Positions 46,854 to 56,036 of a DNA stretch of 60,181 nt are shown piece by piece. The notes under the pieces are model-generated. The model did not search any database and was not told the origin of the DNA. It saw only the letters and a program-made list of their open reading frames with translations. This DNA comes from a virus. Taxonomy: Duplodnaviria > Caudoviricetes. The DNA is taken from the IMG/VR virus record IMGVR_UViG_3300042559_001222, positions 1 to 60,181 of that record; one strand, 5' to 3'. Positions within the stretch are counted from its first letter, which is position 1, and the number at the start of each line of letters is the position of its first letter. The position numbers and the translations under genes were made by a program.

Positions 46854-47040
46854 GTTTGCTCAAGCCACAACGGATGAGATTTATTTCCGCGATCCGCGGA
46901 TCGAGCCGCCCCCAAAGGCTACGAGTATGTTGCTGTTGAATCCGGGAGGCGTGTGCATTATTGGTGTGTGGACGGACGATTGTATCGGTTGGTGCCCGAA
47001 GCCGAAGATACCTAAATCATTAAAGGAGAGAACAATATGA
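46846..47040 (+). CDS. Hypothetical protein
   Basis: PPP....LLLNPGGVC.IG.W....GWCP.PK. Confidence 0.7.
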   Translation: MDKFAQATTDEIYFRDPRIEPPPKATSMLLLNPGGVCIIGVWTDDCIGWCPKPKIPKSLKERTI

Positions 47041-47372
47041 CACAGAGAGAAATTGTAATTTCAAGGGAACCTGTTCACAGCGAGATAGATGAAAACGGGC
47101 GCTTACGGTTATATATGTGCCTGTGGAATGATGATTCAGAGATTCCATTAGATTGGCACGACGAACACGCGGATTTTATGGAACTAAAACTGACGTTTAG
47201 CTTTAGACAAATTATCGAGGAAATGATCGAATTAAATAGTCGTGCAAATGAGAAGGGGAAACATGGAGCTTGGTTTGATATTGAAGACAAGAAGATTGTC
47301 GATTTGTACAAAAAAGAATTAGAAAAATGTATCAAAAGGCTTGATGAAATTCAGTTCTGGGAGGGTAAATGA
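47037..47372 (+). CDS. Hypothetical protein
   Basis: 111-aa ORF with RBS and overlaps. Confidence 0.7.
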   Translation: MTQREIVISREPVHSEIDENGRLRLYMCLWNDDSEIPLDWHDEHADFMELKLTFSFRQIIEEMIELNSRANEKGKHGAWFDIEDKKIVDLYKKELEKCIKRLDEIQFWEGK

Positions 47373-47488
47373 TCACGTTTGAGGTGATTACTTTCACGGG
47401 GGCCGCGCTGGTCGGGGCGGGGTTGATGGTGCTGGTATTGGCAATTGCGTTGGCGGTTGCCTTTTTGATGGATAACGAGGAGAAATAA
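47369..47488 (+). CDS. 39-aa single-TM protein
   Basis: MITFEVITFTGAALVGAGLMVLVLAIALAVAFLMDNEEK; overlaps both neighbours. Confidence 0.6.
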   Translation: MITFEVITFTGAALVGAGLMVLVLAIALAVAFLMDNEEK

Positions 47489-47727
47489 TGGATCAGCAAA
47501 ACGATTGGGTGGATCAGCAGTACGTAGCGAATGAAGCGGCGAGTATCTTAGAGAAGTTGATAGATGATCCGTCACTGGAGAACATGGCAACGGTCCAAGC
47601 ATCATTGACGATGTTGCGCGAAGTGATATTGAATGCGTACGGGTTGTCAAAGGAGGACCTGTTGATCACTGATTACGATGACTTTGTGGAGTTTGTTGTC
47701 AACGAAGCGAACGAGGAAGACAAATGA
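47488..47727 (+). CDS. Acidic hypothetical protein
   Basis: 79-aa ORF with GAGGAG RBS. Confidence 0.7.
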   Translation: MDQQNDWVDQQYVANEAASILEKLIDDPSLENMATVQASLTMLREVILNAYGLSKEDLLITDYDDFVEFVVNEANEEDK

Positions 47728-47993
47728 GCGCCGGGGTACAGCCGGAGGGCTTTGAAAACTACATGATGGATGTCCACGATGCGTCGATTCATGCGGTGCA
47801 AGTGTTGGGGGAGTATGAAGATGCAGTAATGATCCCTGCGCTGATCATGGCATTGTCCTCGGTTATTCGACTTTATGTCGATGAGGGGCGGTTCGAGAGC
47901 ATGGAATTTGGGATGAAGGTGGTGCATGACGGTTTGGAGGCCTTGGCCATTGATCACAACCGCGATATGGAGGGGCTAGACAATGGACATTAA
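47724..47993 (+). CDS. Hypothetical protein
   Basis: 89-aa ORF, ATGA overlap. Confidence 0.7.
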   Translation: MSAGVQPEGFENYMMDVHDASIHAVQVLGEYEDAVMIPALIMALSSVIRLYVDEGRFESMEFGMKVVHDGLEALAIDHNRDMEGLDNGH

Positions 47994-48010
47994 TAAAAAG
48001 GAGAAGGCAA

Positions 48011-48172
48011 ATGGATAGTTTGTTCGGAGTAGTGCTTGCTTTTGCAACGATAGCCGCGTGGTTGACGCACATTTTTACGTGTTTTGCGCAAGGGCTGTGG
48101 GGATTTTTGATTGCGGGTGCCATCTTGTTCCCTGTGGGTATATTTCATGGCATTTATCTTTGGTTTAAATGA
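48011..48172 (+). CDS. 53-aa membrane protein
   Basis: AAWLTHIFTC....WGFLIAGAILFPVGIFHG.YLWF; AGGAG RBS. Confidence 0.7.
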   Translation: MDSLFGVVLAFATIAAWLTHIFTCFAQGLWGFLIAGAILFPVGIFHGIYLWFK

Positions 48173-48180
48173 GGAGAAGA

Positions 48181-48390
48181 ATGATGAAACAGGATATGAG
48201 ATTCAAAGTGGTCGGCGTTGAGCGATTGGTGGTCCCTGATGTGGAGCATGATCGGCGAATGAGCCCGCTGGACAACTTCAAGTGGACATCTGGCGCGGAT
48301 GTGCAAGCTGTGTGGCGTAAGTATGGCTGGGTGCCGCCGTCCGAGGTCCGCAATGATTACTTGTTTAAAAATAATAGGGAGGCAAAATAA
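48181..48390 (+). CDS. Hypothetical protein
   Basis: FKWTSGADVQAVWRKYGWVPPSE; start could also be 48169. Confidence 0.7.
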   Translation: MMKQDMRFKVVGVERLVVPDVEHDRRMSPLDNFKWTSGADVQAVWRKYGWVPPSEVRNDYLFKNNREAK

Positions 48391-48662
48391 TGGAACAGGT
48401 AAAGAAAAAGCGTGTGCGTAAGGGTAATCCCGCGGTGCTGGAGAACTGGCCGCATCCTTTGCTGGACGCGTTGCGCCGTGAGTTTGGCTGGAGCAGTGAT
48501 GGCGTGATGGCAGAAGAGTTGGGTGTGCTGCGCAGCGGCTTGTCCAAGTTCCGTCATGGTACAAATCAGGTCAGTGCAGAGTTTATTTTGAAGGTGCATA
48601 AGAAGACCGGTTGGCCTGTTGAGCGGATCGAGTTCCTTTGTCCTCCGCAGGTGCTGTCATGA
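48390..48662 (+). CDS. XRE-like HTH protein
   Basis: LLDAL.....SD..MA..LGV....LSK.RHG...V.A..IL.VH..TG. Confidence 0.7.
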   Translation: MEQVKKKRVRKGNPAVLENWPHPLLDALRREFGWSSDGVMAEELGVLRSGLSKFRHGTNQVSAEFILKVHKKTGWPVERIEFLCPPQVLS

Positions 48663-48856
48663 GAAAAAAGAATCGCTGGTCCGAGGTCAATGGGGGTAAT
48701 CTTTGCTTAGTGGACGGCGATGGCCAGATATTGGCACGGGTCACGAAGCACGTACTGGATGGCACGTTCAAGTACAAGGACTTGGAGTTCATCGATGCAT
48801 ACTCCGTGATGAAGTATGTGGAGAATACGAAGTTTTCGGAGATAGATAGTGAATGA
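48659..48856 (+). CDS. Hypothetical protein
   Basis: 65 aa from the ATGA overlap. Confidence 0.65.
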   Translation: MRKKNRWSEVNGGNLCLVDGDGQILARVTKHVLDGTFKYKDLEFIDAYSVMKYVENTKFSEIDSE

Positions 48857-49049
48857 ACTGTTTGATGAGATTAAAGAGCAGCATCAGTTCAAGACCGATA
48901 CGCAGTTAGCTGATTTTCTGCTTTTATCCAAGGCGCAGGTGTGTTTGCTGCGGGCGGGGAAGAAGCTTTCTGCGTATACACTGATGCGATTGCATGACAA
49001 AACCGGGCGCTCAGTGGAAGAGATTCGCCGGTATGCGAGGCGCTCATGA
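48849..49049 (+). CDS. XRE-like HTH protein, paralog of 48390-48662
   Basis: LFD.......TD.QLA..L..S...V..LR.G...A..LMRLHDKTG. Confidence 0.7.
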   Translation: MNELFDEIKEQHQFKTDTQLADFLLLSKAQVCLLRAGKKLSAYTLMRLHDKTGRSVEEIRRYARRS

Positions 49050-49144
49050 GCTTCTGGATTGTTTATACCGTGGTGGGCCGGGTATTTATCATGGGCCTAA
49101 TTGGTTGGGAAATTATTAAGCGATGGAGGCAGCGTGAGAACTGA
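49046..49144 (+). CDS. 32-aa hydrophobic micropeptide
   Basis: MSFWIVYTVVGRVFIMGLIGWEIIKRWRQREN; ATGA overlap. Confidence 0.45.
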   Translation: MSFWIVYTVVGRVFIMGLIGWEIIKRWRQREN

Positions 49145-49316
49145 GTTTGCTATTCTGGCAATGATAGGGCTGCTGGTGGCTTTTATCTTTATTTTGTTCC
49201 TGATGCCCGTACCGAAGCGGGACATACACACCCTCTGTTCTACGGTGGAGTTTAATCCTGACATGACCCCCGAGGCGCGGAAGAAGTGCCGTGACCTCAG
49301 GGCAACGAAGTACTAA
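49134..49316 (+). CDS. Single-TM protein with C...EF.PD...CR motif
   Basis: GTG start after GGAGG; paralog of 44940-45122. Confidence 0.7.
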   Translation: MRTEFAILAMIGLLVAFIFILFLMPVPKRDIHTLCSTVEFNPDMTPEARKKCRDLRATKY

Positions 49317-51182
49317 TCACTTTGCTTCACCCCAGCTGGGGCCGATCTCCACATCCACCCGGTTGGGTATTTCCATCTTGACGCAGTTGGCCATGATCTC
49401 CGCGGCGCGTTCTGCTTGAGCGCGGTCCGCGACACTCAATACGATCTCATCGTGCACTTGCAGAAGAAGGGTCTCCCCGGCTTCATGGAGGGCCACCATG
49501 GCCATTTTGGTTTGATCTGCGGCTGATCCTTGGATGAGACGATTTAAACCCTTGTAGGTCCCGCTACGCTTGATCTGTGAGCCGTATTCGACGCTGGCCT
49601 GTTCGTAGGGCAGGGCTTTGTTGCTGCCCCATTGCATGGGCTCCCATAGAGGAAAGCGGCATTTACGGCCCAAGAGGGTACGAATGGCACCACCGGAGGA
49701 GGGATGTTCGATGCGGCGCATGACCGCGTTGACCGTGCCTTTCAAGAAGGGCACCTTTGTGTGGAAGGTGTGGATAAGTTCTTTTGCCTCTTCATGCGTC
49801 AGGTCCAGCTCGTTGGCGAGCTTTGCCACGCCCATGCCGTACATCAGGCCCAGACCAATGGTCTTGGCGGCTTTACGCTTGATGCCCGCCATATCGGCGA
49901 CCATCTGGTGGAAGTCGGTGTCAGGATTGGCTCGGTAGGCATCGACCATGATCTCTGCGCCGGGTAGGCCCAATAATGAGGCGTAGTGCACTAATAAACG
50001 CGGTTCTTGCGAGGAAAAGTCGTTTGAGGCCCATATTTGGCCCTCCTCGGGCAAAAATAAGCCTCGAACCATCGGTCCGATGATCTCGTGCCGGGCTGGG
50101 ACCTGCTGGAGATTCGGGTTGTTCATTGATAGCCGTCCGGACACTGTCCCGCCATCGTCGTTGCGAAGCTGGTTGACATGGGGATGGATGCGCCCATCCT
50201 TGGCAGAGAAGTTTAGGTAAGGCTGGAGGAACGTGCTGTGCGTCTTGTTGGTCTCGCGGGCCTCGATGATCATTTTGCCAATCTGGTGTGGGCATTCATC
50301 CAAAAAGGACTTGGTAAACGAAGGCAAGCCGTTCTCGGTCTTGGGGTATGCCACGTTCAACTTGTCAAAGGCCTTGGCAATGCTGGCAGCGGCCCAGATG
50401 TCCACGCTGGTCCCAGCTTGGGACTTGATCAGCGCATGGAGTTCCTTTTCCCGCTTGATTAGCCCATCGATAAGCCGTTCACACTTGGCACGATCAAAGC
50501 GGATGCCGCGTTCCGTGATGCCCAAAAGGACAGGCAGGAGCCGCGTTTCAAGATCGAAGATGGATTCCACATCGTCCTGACGGAGCTTGACTTTGAGGTA
50601 TTGCCAAAGCTTTAGGGTCAGCGCCGCATCTTGCTCGGCGTAGTTGCCCACATACATGGCGGGCAGCTTCCAGAGTTCCTTCTTTGGGTGTACCCCGAAG
50701 TCCCCGGCAGCTTGCTTCAAGCCCGCTTCGCTTTTGGTTTCTTTGAGGTAGTCGAATCCAAGACTGTTCAAGGCAAAGCTGAATCGATTTTCATCGAGCA
50801 GCGGGGCCGCAATCATGGTGTCGATGATTCTCCCGTTAATAGTGAAGCCTGACGCTTTGAGCCAGCCGCAGTCGTACGCCGCGTTGTGCATGATTTTGTC
50901 AGCAGGGGATGCGAGAACATCCATAATCCAACGCTCGACGCGCCGTTTATCCAGATTGCCACCACCACCATGAGCGACAGGAAAATATCCAGCCCAGCCT
51001 TCCACAGCAACAGCGTAGCCAACAACATACCCGTCGCGCCGAGGCCAACCGGGGCCCATCGACTCCATGTTAGGGTCACAGGTTTCGAGGTCAATTGCGA
51101 TCTCCTTTGCGTTTGATAAGTTTGGAAATGAATCAGGGGCGACCCAATCACTTTGCATTGGGAATAGTGGCATGGTTTTCAC
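49317..51182 (-). CDS. polA: DNA polymerase family A with 3'-5' exonuclease
   Basis: IDLET, HNAAYD, SGRLS.NNPNLQQ, DFSSQEPR, AKTIGLGLMYG, QVHDE. Confidence 0.95.
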   Translation of the reverse strand: MKTMPLFPMQSDWVAPDSFPNLSNAKEIAIDLETCDPNMESMGPGWPRRDGYVVGYAVAVEGWAGYFPVAHGGGGNLDKRRVERWIMDVLASPADKIMHNAAYDCGWLKASGFTINGRIIDTMIAAPLLDENRFSFALNSLGFDYLKETKSEAGLKQAAGDFGVHPKKELWKLPAMYVGNYAEQDAALTLKLWQYLKVKLRQDDVESIFDLETRLLPVLLGITERGIRFDRAKCERLIDGLIKREKELHALIKSQAGTSVDIWAAASIAKAFDKLNVAYPKTENGLPSFTKSFLDECPHQIGKMIIEARETNKTHSTFLQPYLNFSAKDGRIHPHVNQLRNDDGGTVSGRLSMNNPNLQQVPARHEIIGPMVRGLFLPEEGQIWASNDFSSQEPRLLVHYASLLGLPGAEIMVDAYRANPDTDFHQMVADMAGIKRKAAKTIGLGLMYGMGVAKLANELDLTHEEAKELIHTFHTKVPFLKGTVNAVMRRIEHPSSGGAIRTLLGRKCRFPLWEPMQWGSNKALPYEQASVEYGSQIKRSGTYKGLNRLIQGSAADQTKMAMVALHEAGETLLLQVHDEIVLSVADRAQAERAAEIMANCVKMEIPNRVDVEIGPSWGEAK

Positions 51183-52681
51183 AGCCGGAATCCTTTGTCT
51201 TGTTGTTTTGGCAGAACCAGATGGAGCGCCTGTTTTGCGCGTGTCACGCCGACATAGAACAAACGATTGACGCTGTCTGAATTGATTGCATAGTCTTTGG
51301 CAAAGCGCGGCGAGATGTCCATCATCAATAGCACATTGTCCGCCTCCCCGCCCTTGGCTCCGTGGATCGTGGAGAGCTTAATACGGTCCGCATTGGAGAT
51401 TTTGTAGCCCCGGCGCAGCACAGCGCGAAGGTACTGGCGCTTGTCTTCGCTGATCCGAACCAGTGCTTCATGCCAGACAGAATCAGTCATTAGGCCGTAG
51501 TGACTACTCAGGGTGGGTAAATCATACTCAATGACATCCGGGTCACCCTTGAAGTTCTTATGGCCCCGGGCCACGAAGCTTGGGCCCAGATACTTATAGA
51601 CGTTCTGGGTGTCGTTTAGTCCGAGCGTGAGGCCTTTGCGGAGCCTCTCCCAATCGATGACGGCTTTGAGCATCTGGGGGGAGAGGCTGGGGACGCTGTT
51701 ACGTTCAAAAAGAACTCCGTTTGACTTGAGCCACTCGTGTATTGGATTGAGCAGGTAATTTGTACTAGCGAGTATGAGCCATTCTCCGTCACCAACAGGC
51801 ACGTCTTCGAAGCGGTAGTACTGTCGAACGGAGCCAACAAAGTCTCTTGGTTTCCATTCTTTACTCTGACGATTTCTGATTCTTTTGACAATATTATTTG
51901 CAAATTGGTGGACTGAAGCGGGGACTCGGTAGGATTGTTGGAGGACATGGATATCACCTTTGAATTCGAGAAAGGATTTCACATCGGCTCCGGCCCATGT
52001 GAATACGGCTTGGTCATCGTCCCCGGCAATGAAGACGCGCTGGGCCTTGTCAACCAAGACTTCGACCATCTGCCACTGTAGGCGAGACAGGTCCTGTGCT
52101 TCATCGATGATCAGTACTTCCAGAGACGGCAGACGCGCCGTCTCGACTACTGCCATCTCAAGGAGGTCTGTGAAGTCAAGTAGATTACGCGAGGCTTTGT
52201 AGTGTCGATAGCTTCGCTCCACAAACTCAAAGTGGTGCCACTCAATATCCAATCCTGATTGGTTGTAATGCTCTCTAAGATCCACCCCTCGAATGCGGGC
52301 GAGGTTGATCTCGTTGAGAATAGGATTGTCTGCTTTTGCATAGCCTTCCTCATCGTCTTTTGATACGTCCAGTGTAATGCCGGTCTGCTGGGCAAACTCA
52401 GCATAATGCTCTGGCTGCATCATGTCATCTGCTTTCGCGCCAAGGCAGCGGAACGCGAGGCTATGTAGTGTGCGGAAGTAAGGGAAATCGGTCTTCTCGT
52501 TCAGGTGTGGGAACTTTGCGGTAGCCCGATCCCGGGCCTCGTTTGCGGCCTTTCTGGTGAAAGAAAAGTACCCAATTCTTCCTGATTGAACGCCGTCATC
52601 CAATTCATGCTCTACACGGTTGAGCAGGTAGGTGGTCTTCCCTGATCCGGGGGGCCCGAAGACTTTGCAAACAGCTGTCAT
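51179..52681 (-). CDS. UvrD/Rep-like SF1 helicase
   Basis: GPPGSGKT, IDEAQD, GDDDQA, QSYR, STIHGAKGGEAD, YVGVTRA. Confidence 0.92.
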   Translation of the reverse strand: MTAVCKVFGPPGSGKTTYLLNRVEHELDDGVQSGRIGYFSFTRKAANEARDRATAKFPHLNEKTDFPYFRTLHSLAFRCLGAKADDMMQPEHYAEFAQQTGITLDVSKDDEEGYAKADNPILNEINLARIRGVDLREHYNQSGLDIEWHHFEFVERSYRHYKASRNLLDFTDLLEMAVVETARLPSLEVLIIDEAQDLSRLQWQMVEVLVDKAQRVFIAGDDDQAVFTWAGADVKSFLEFKGDIHVLQQSYRVPASVHQFANNIVKRIRNRQSKEWKPRDFVGSVRQYYRFEDVPVGDGEWLILASTNYLLNPIHEWLKSNGVLFERNSVPSLSPQMLKAVIDWERLRKGLTLGLNDTQNVYKYLGPSFVARGHKNFKGDPDVIEYDLPTLSSHYGLMTDSVWHEALVRISEDKRQYLRAVLRRGYKISNADRIKLSTIHGAKGGEADNVLLMMDISPRFAKDYAINSDSVNRLFYVGVTRAKQALHLVLPKQQDKGFRL

Positions 52682-54405
52682 GGTTCCAGCCCTTTCCGAA
52701 CATCAGCAAATAAACGATGCGCCAGTTCTAATGTGGCCGTGGTTGGAAGGTCCTCAAAAAACGCAGTGAAGTAATTAGCTGCCGCGTACTGCCTTATCCT
52801 TGTCCCAGAGATAGCTTCAACGCCTTTGCCTTCAGGGTTCCGCTCTCCAGCAGATACCATGGTTATTTTCTTGAAGTGGAAGTAAAAGTCCTTGCCGTTA
52901 TAGCCATCCAAATAAATCTGATAAGACTCCATTCGATCATCACCTGCGACAAAAATAAGATGCTCTGTACCTTTGTCGTTAAGGTTGCACAGCTGTCCGA
53001 CAAAATCTAATTCTCTCCTGCCTCCCATGACGAAGTTAGTGTCAGGAAACAGTTCCTTTAAGTACTCCAATTTAAGCTCGGGAGGCAAAGGGTTGTCTAT
53101 ACCGTGAGAGGCGCTCAATACGATCATATGGTCCGCCTTATGGTCTCGAGCAAGGACCCTCACTTTTTCAATCAGGCACTGATGTCCCCACGTAGGAGGA
53201 TTCATCCGTGCATAGGCAAAGACAGTGGTCTTCGCACCTTCCTTTATGCCTGTCTGCCGCAGAAAGTTCTGTCGGCTAAATTCTTCTCTGTCCACTATCT
53301 TGGTCACTCGCTGTTCATAGACAACGACAAAGCCTTCGCCCTTTGTCTCTTGACCATTGATATCGGTGTAGAACTGCCGTGTGCCAGATAAAGCATTGTT
53401 CAACAGCTTCTTCGCTGCTTGAAGATGCGAATGCACAAAGAAGAATGAATCAAATATAGGCGAAGCAAATATGGACTCGTCACGGGGATCAGCGGTGCCT
53501 TTGACCCGTTTGTTGATGTAATGCATCAGCTTTATGGACTGACGCATTACTTCTCGATACTCCTCTTGCACCAAGGGCGTGTTGTTAATCTCCTGCATTA
53601 AAGTCAAAAACTCACGCTGGTACTCTGCGGGGTAGTAAGCCTTATTCAAGTTGATCCGTGGGTCAATAACAAAGACATCTTCATCTTTTTTAAAGACGGA
53701 AAGATCAGCTGGGCAGTATGCCTCCCCCGTGTGTTGCGTGTGTATCGCAATACCTATCCTAGAGTCGTAGATTCGCTTCCCCGCAGGTGTATCGGAGTAG
53801 CAGGAGTAGGTGACGGTGTTCGCAGTGAAGAACATCTTGTCCAAGCCATTCTCGACATTCATCCCCTGCACATACATTAAGTCGCCTTGGTATATGCCCG
53901 TCTCTGGTGTGATCTTGGGCAGATGTGTCAGTGCTGCAATCAACTTATCGACAAGGTTCTGTGAGTAACCGTAGTTGCGGCGAACATCTTCCTCAGTAAA
54001 GTTCAGCTTTGGTACGCCACTGAAGTAGGACTTTGTAGCTACAAAGAACTTCCCCGTTTCCTTGTCGTGGCCAAACACAATGCTGGGGCTACCATCAAAC
54101 TTCTCTGTGATGATTAGACTAGATTTATAAGACCGGTCCTCCGTAGAGGCCACCAGCATATTGTGCACTTCCGTCAGTGTGCGCAATGTATAGGCCAACT
54201 CCGCCTCGCCCAATCTAATGAAACGATCTTCGATGTGATCTATGTGGGTAGGACGATCCTTCCGCACTGTCACGCTTTTGACTTTCGGCAGCGGCGCAAG
54301 CGGCTCCATGACAGGCGCTTTTCTCTTTGTCCCGCGGGCCATGGTCCTCTTCACTGGGCGCAAGGAAGACAACGTAGGCGCTTTGGGCATACGTGGAATC
54401 TTCAA
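52678..54405 (-). CDS. Fusion of KxDG ligase-like (DUF6267-like) domain and HxGH cytidylyl/nucleotidyltransferase domain
   Basis: HIDHIED, EKFDGS, YQGD, EGFVV, KIVDR..FSR.NF; then RMNPPTWGH, AGDDR, SAGER, ISGTRIR. Confidence 0.75.
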   Translation of the reverse strand: MKIPRMPKAPTLSSLRPVKRTMARGTKRKAPVMEPLAPLPKVKSVTVRKDRPTHIDHIEDRFIRLGEAELAYTLRTLTEVHNMLVASTEDRSYKSSLIITEKFDGSPSIVFGHDKETGKFFVATKSYFSGVPKLNFTEEDVRRNYGYSQNLVDKLIAALTHLPKITPETGIYQGDLMYVQGMNVENGLDKMFFTANTVTYSCYSDTPAGKRIYDSRIGIAIHTQHTGEAYCPADLSVFKKDEDVFVIDPRINLNKAYYPAEYQREFLTLMQEINNTPLVQEEYREVMRQSIKLMHYINKRVKGTADPRDESIFASPIFDSFFFVHSHLQAAKKLLNNALSGTRQFYTDINGQETKGEGFVVVYEQRVTKIVDREEFSRQNFLRQTGIKEGAKTTVFAYARMNPPTWGHQCLIEKVRVLARDHKADHMIVLSASHGIDNPLPPELKLEYLKELFPDTNFVMGGRRELDFVGQLCNLNDKGTEHLIFVAGDDRMESYQIYLDGYNGKDFYFHFKKITMVSAGERNPEGKGVEAISGTRIRQYAAANYFTAFFEDLPTTATLELAHRLFADVRKGLEP

Positions 54406-55934
54406 AATGGGCTCCCCTGCTGACGTACTGTCTCTGTCGTGAATGGTGCATCTTGTTTTGCAAACGCAGGTATACGCCAGCAGCGTACAGTTCTGCCCTT
54501 CAGGAAGATGCTGATCGGTTCACCGCCCATGTCGCGCAGACGTTGCGCCATCTTGGGTGCAGTCATGCCCTTGAAGTTATTGCGCATCAGATGCGCTTCA
54601 AGGTCCTTCATCCGGAAGTGACACCGACCATCCTCAGTATCGACCCATGGCCTCCCCATAAGGAGTTCCTCTCGGTCCATGGCTTGCTGCATGTGCGTAG
54701 TAAACTCTTCAAGGAGGTCCATGAAACGGCCCGTAACTGACGTATCCTCGCTGGCTTCCGAGATTTGTTCAGTCTCGACCATCTCTTTGAGAAGTCCGTT
54801 AAGCATGTTCTCCCAATCCATCTTTTTGAGCGTGGGTGGGAGGAGGTTAAGCCGTTCAAGACACGCTTTCTGAAACGCAGCTTGATTAAAGAGGCTGTCC
54901 GTTTCGAGTTCGATCCGCCGACCATTGATGTCAAGGAACCAGAGTGGTGGCTCACTGGCATACTTTGAGAGCGATGAAAGTGTCGGCGAATCAGGGCCAT
55001 GACCGCCAATCCCGTACTTCCTTGTTCGACATAGACCAGAGTTGCAGAACGAATTGAGCGGGGCATCCTTACACTTGTAACGATAATCCTTCTTGCCCAG
55101 TTGCTTGATAACAAGTTGCACCTCGTTGTTTGGAAGTGGTGGGGCAAAATATTTTTGGTTGTGCTCGACTACCTTGTCTTCCCATGATGCGGGCGTAAGC
55201 TTTTTAAGATAGATGCCAACATTGAAGAGACCATTGTTTCGAGTACCTTCTGGGAACCCTTGGCTACAGAGGGCCTGAAGACACGGGGGACCATCTTTAA
55301 TCGGCGCTTCCGCAACCTTAGGTGCCTCTGGAGCGACCAGCGGCGGCGTTTGCACAGCCGCTTCGTAGAGAGCATAAAACTCCTCAAGCGTAGCCGCCGA
55401 GCCATCTGCATTAAAGGCATATCGTGTCCCGTCATCACCCGCGAAGTAAGGAAGATTGAGAAAGTTGCCCGTGTCTCCGCGGTCCACGAGGATTTCAGCT
55501 TGCTTGGGGAATATCTCCCGCCCTGCCTCGCCAAGGAGTGCAGCACAGGCTTTCAAATACTCCTGCATATCCCGCGCAGGGATAGGTTCAGTGGTGAATA
55601 AAAAGCAGTGAGCGCCGCCAGATTTACTGCGGCAGACAACCAGAGGCAGATTGAGTGACGCTATCTTCTCAACCAGCCCTCGATGGTCGATAGGGTACTG
55701 ATCAATATCGATGCAGCCCCATACACAAGAGTTATCAGCACGAATAGGAATAATACCAAGGGAAGGCTCAACACCATCAAGGTGACGCTCCCAAAGGTCA
55801 TCCGATGGAGGTTTACGTACAACCGTAGCTTGCCCGTTTTGTTTTCCATCTCCCCGCTCACCCTTAATGACGTATGTGCCATAGGCAATATCCAATCCAC
55901 TGAATATTGCCTTGAATTTTGTTATGTCGGCCAT
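54402..55934 (-). CDS. AEP-family primase with PriCT-like C-terminal domain
   Basis: WGCIDID, RSKSGGAH, GNFLNLPY, GPPCL, EGTRNNGLF. Confidence 0.85.
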   Translation of the reverse strand: MADITKFKAIFSGLDIAYGTYVIKGERGDGKQNGQATVVRKPPSDDLWERHLDGVEPSLGIIPIRADNSCVWGCIDIDQYPIDHRGLVEKIASLNLPLVVCRSKSGGAHCFLFTTEPIPARDMQEYLKACAALLGEAGREIFPKQAEILVDRGDTGNFLNLPYFAGDDGTRYAFNADGSAATLEEFYALYEAAVQTPPLVAPEAPKVAEAPIKDGPPCLQALCSQGFPEGTRNNGLFNVGIYLKKLTPASWEDKVVEHNQKYFAPPLPNNEVQLVIKQLGKKDYRYKCKDAPLNSFCNSGLCRTRKYGIGGHGPDSPTLSSLSKYASEPPLWFLDINGRRIELETDSLFNQAAFQKACLERLNLLPPTLKKMDWENMLNGLLKEMVETEQISEASEDTSVTGRFMDLLEEFTTHMQQAMDREELLMGRPWVDTEDGRCHFRMKDLEAHLMRNNFKGMTAPKMAQRLRDMGGEPISIFLKGRTVRCWRIPAFAKQDAPFTTETVRQQGSPF

Positions 55935-55955
55935 TCTCTATCTCTATGAAAAGGT

Positions 55956-56031
55956 GGGGTACTCGCTATAACTGCGCCGCATTACATCCCGCTACTTACA
56001 GGCGTGGCGCACACAGTATCCGCTTTCCCCC
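55956..56031 (-). ncRNA. Candidate structured RNA between SSB-like and primase genes
   Basis: GGGG/CCCC closing stem, GAA/AGUA loop-E-like motif, UGCGCC/GGCGCA inner stem. Confidence 0.5.
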
Positions 56032-56036
56032 GTAAA

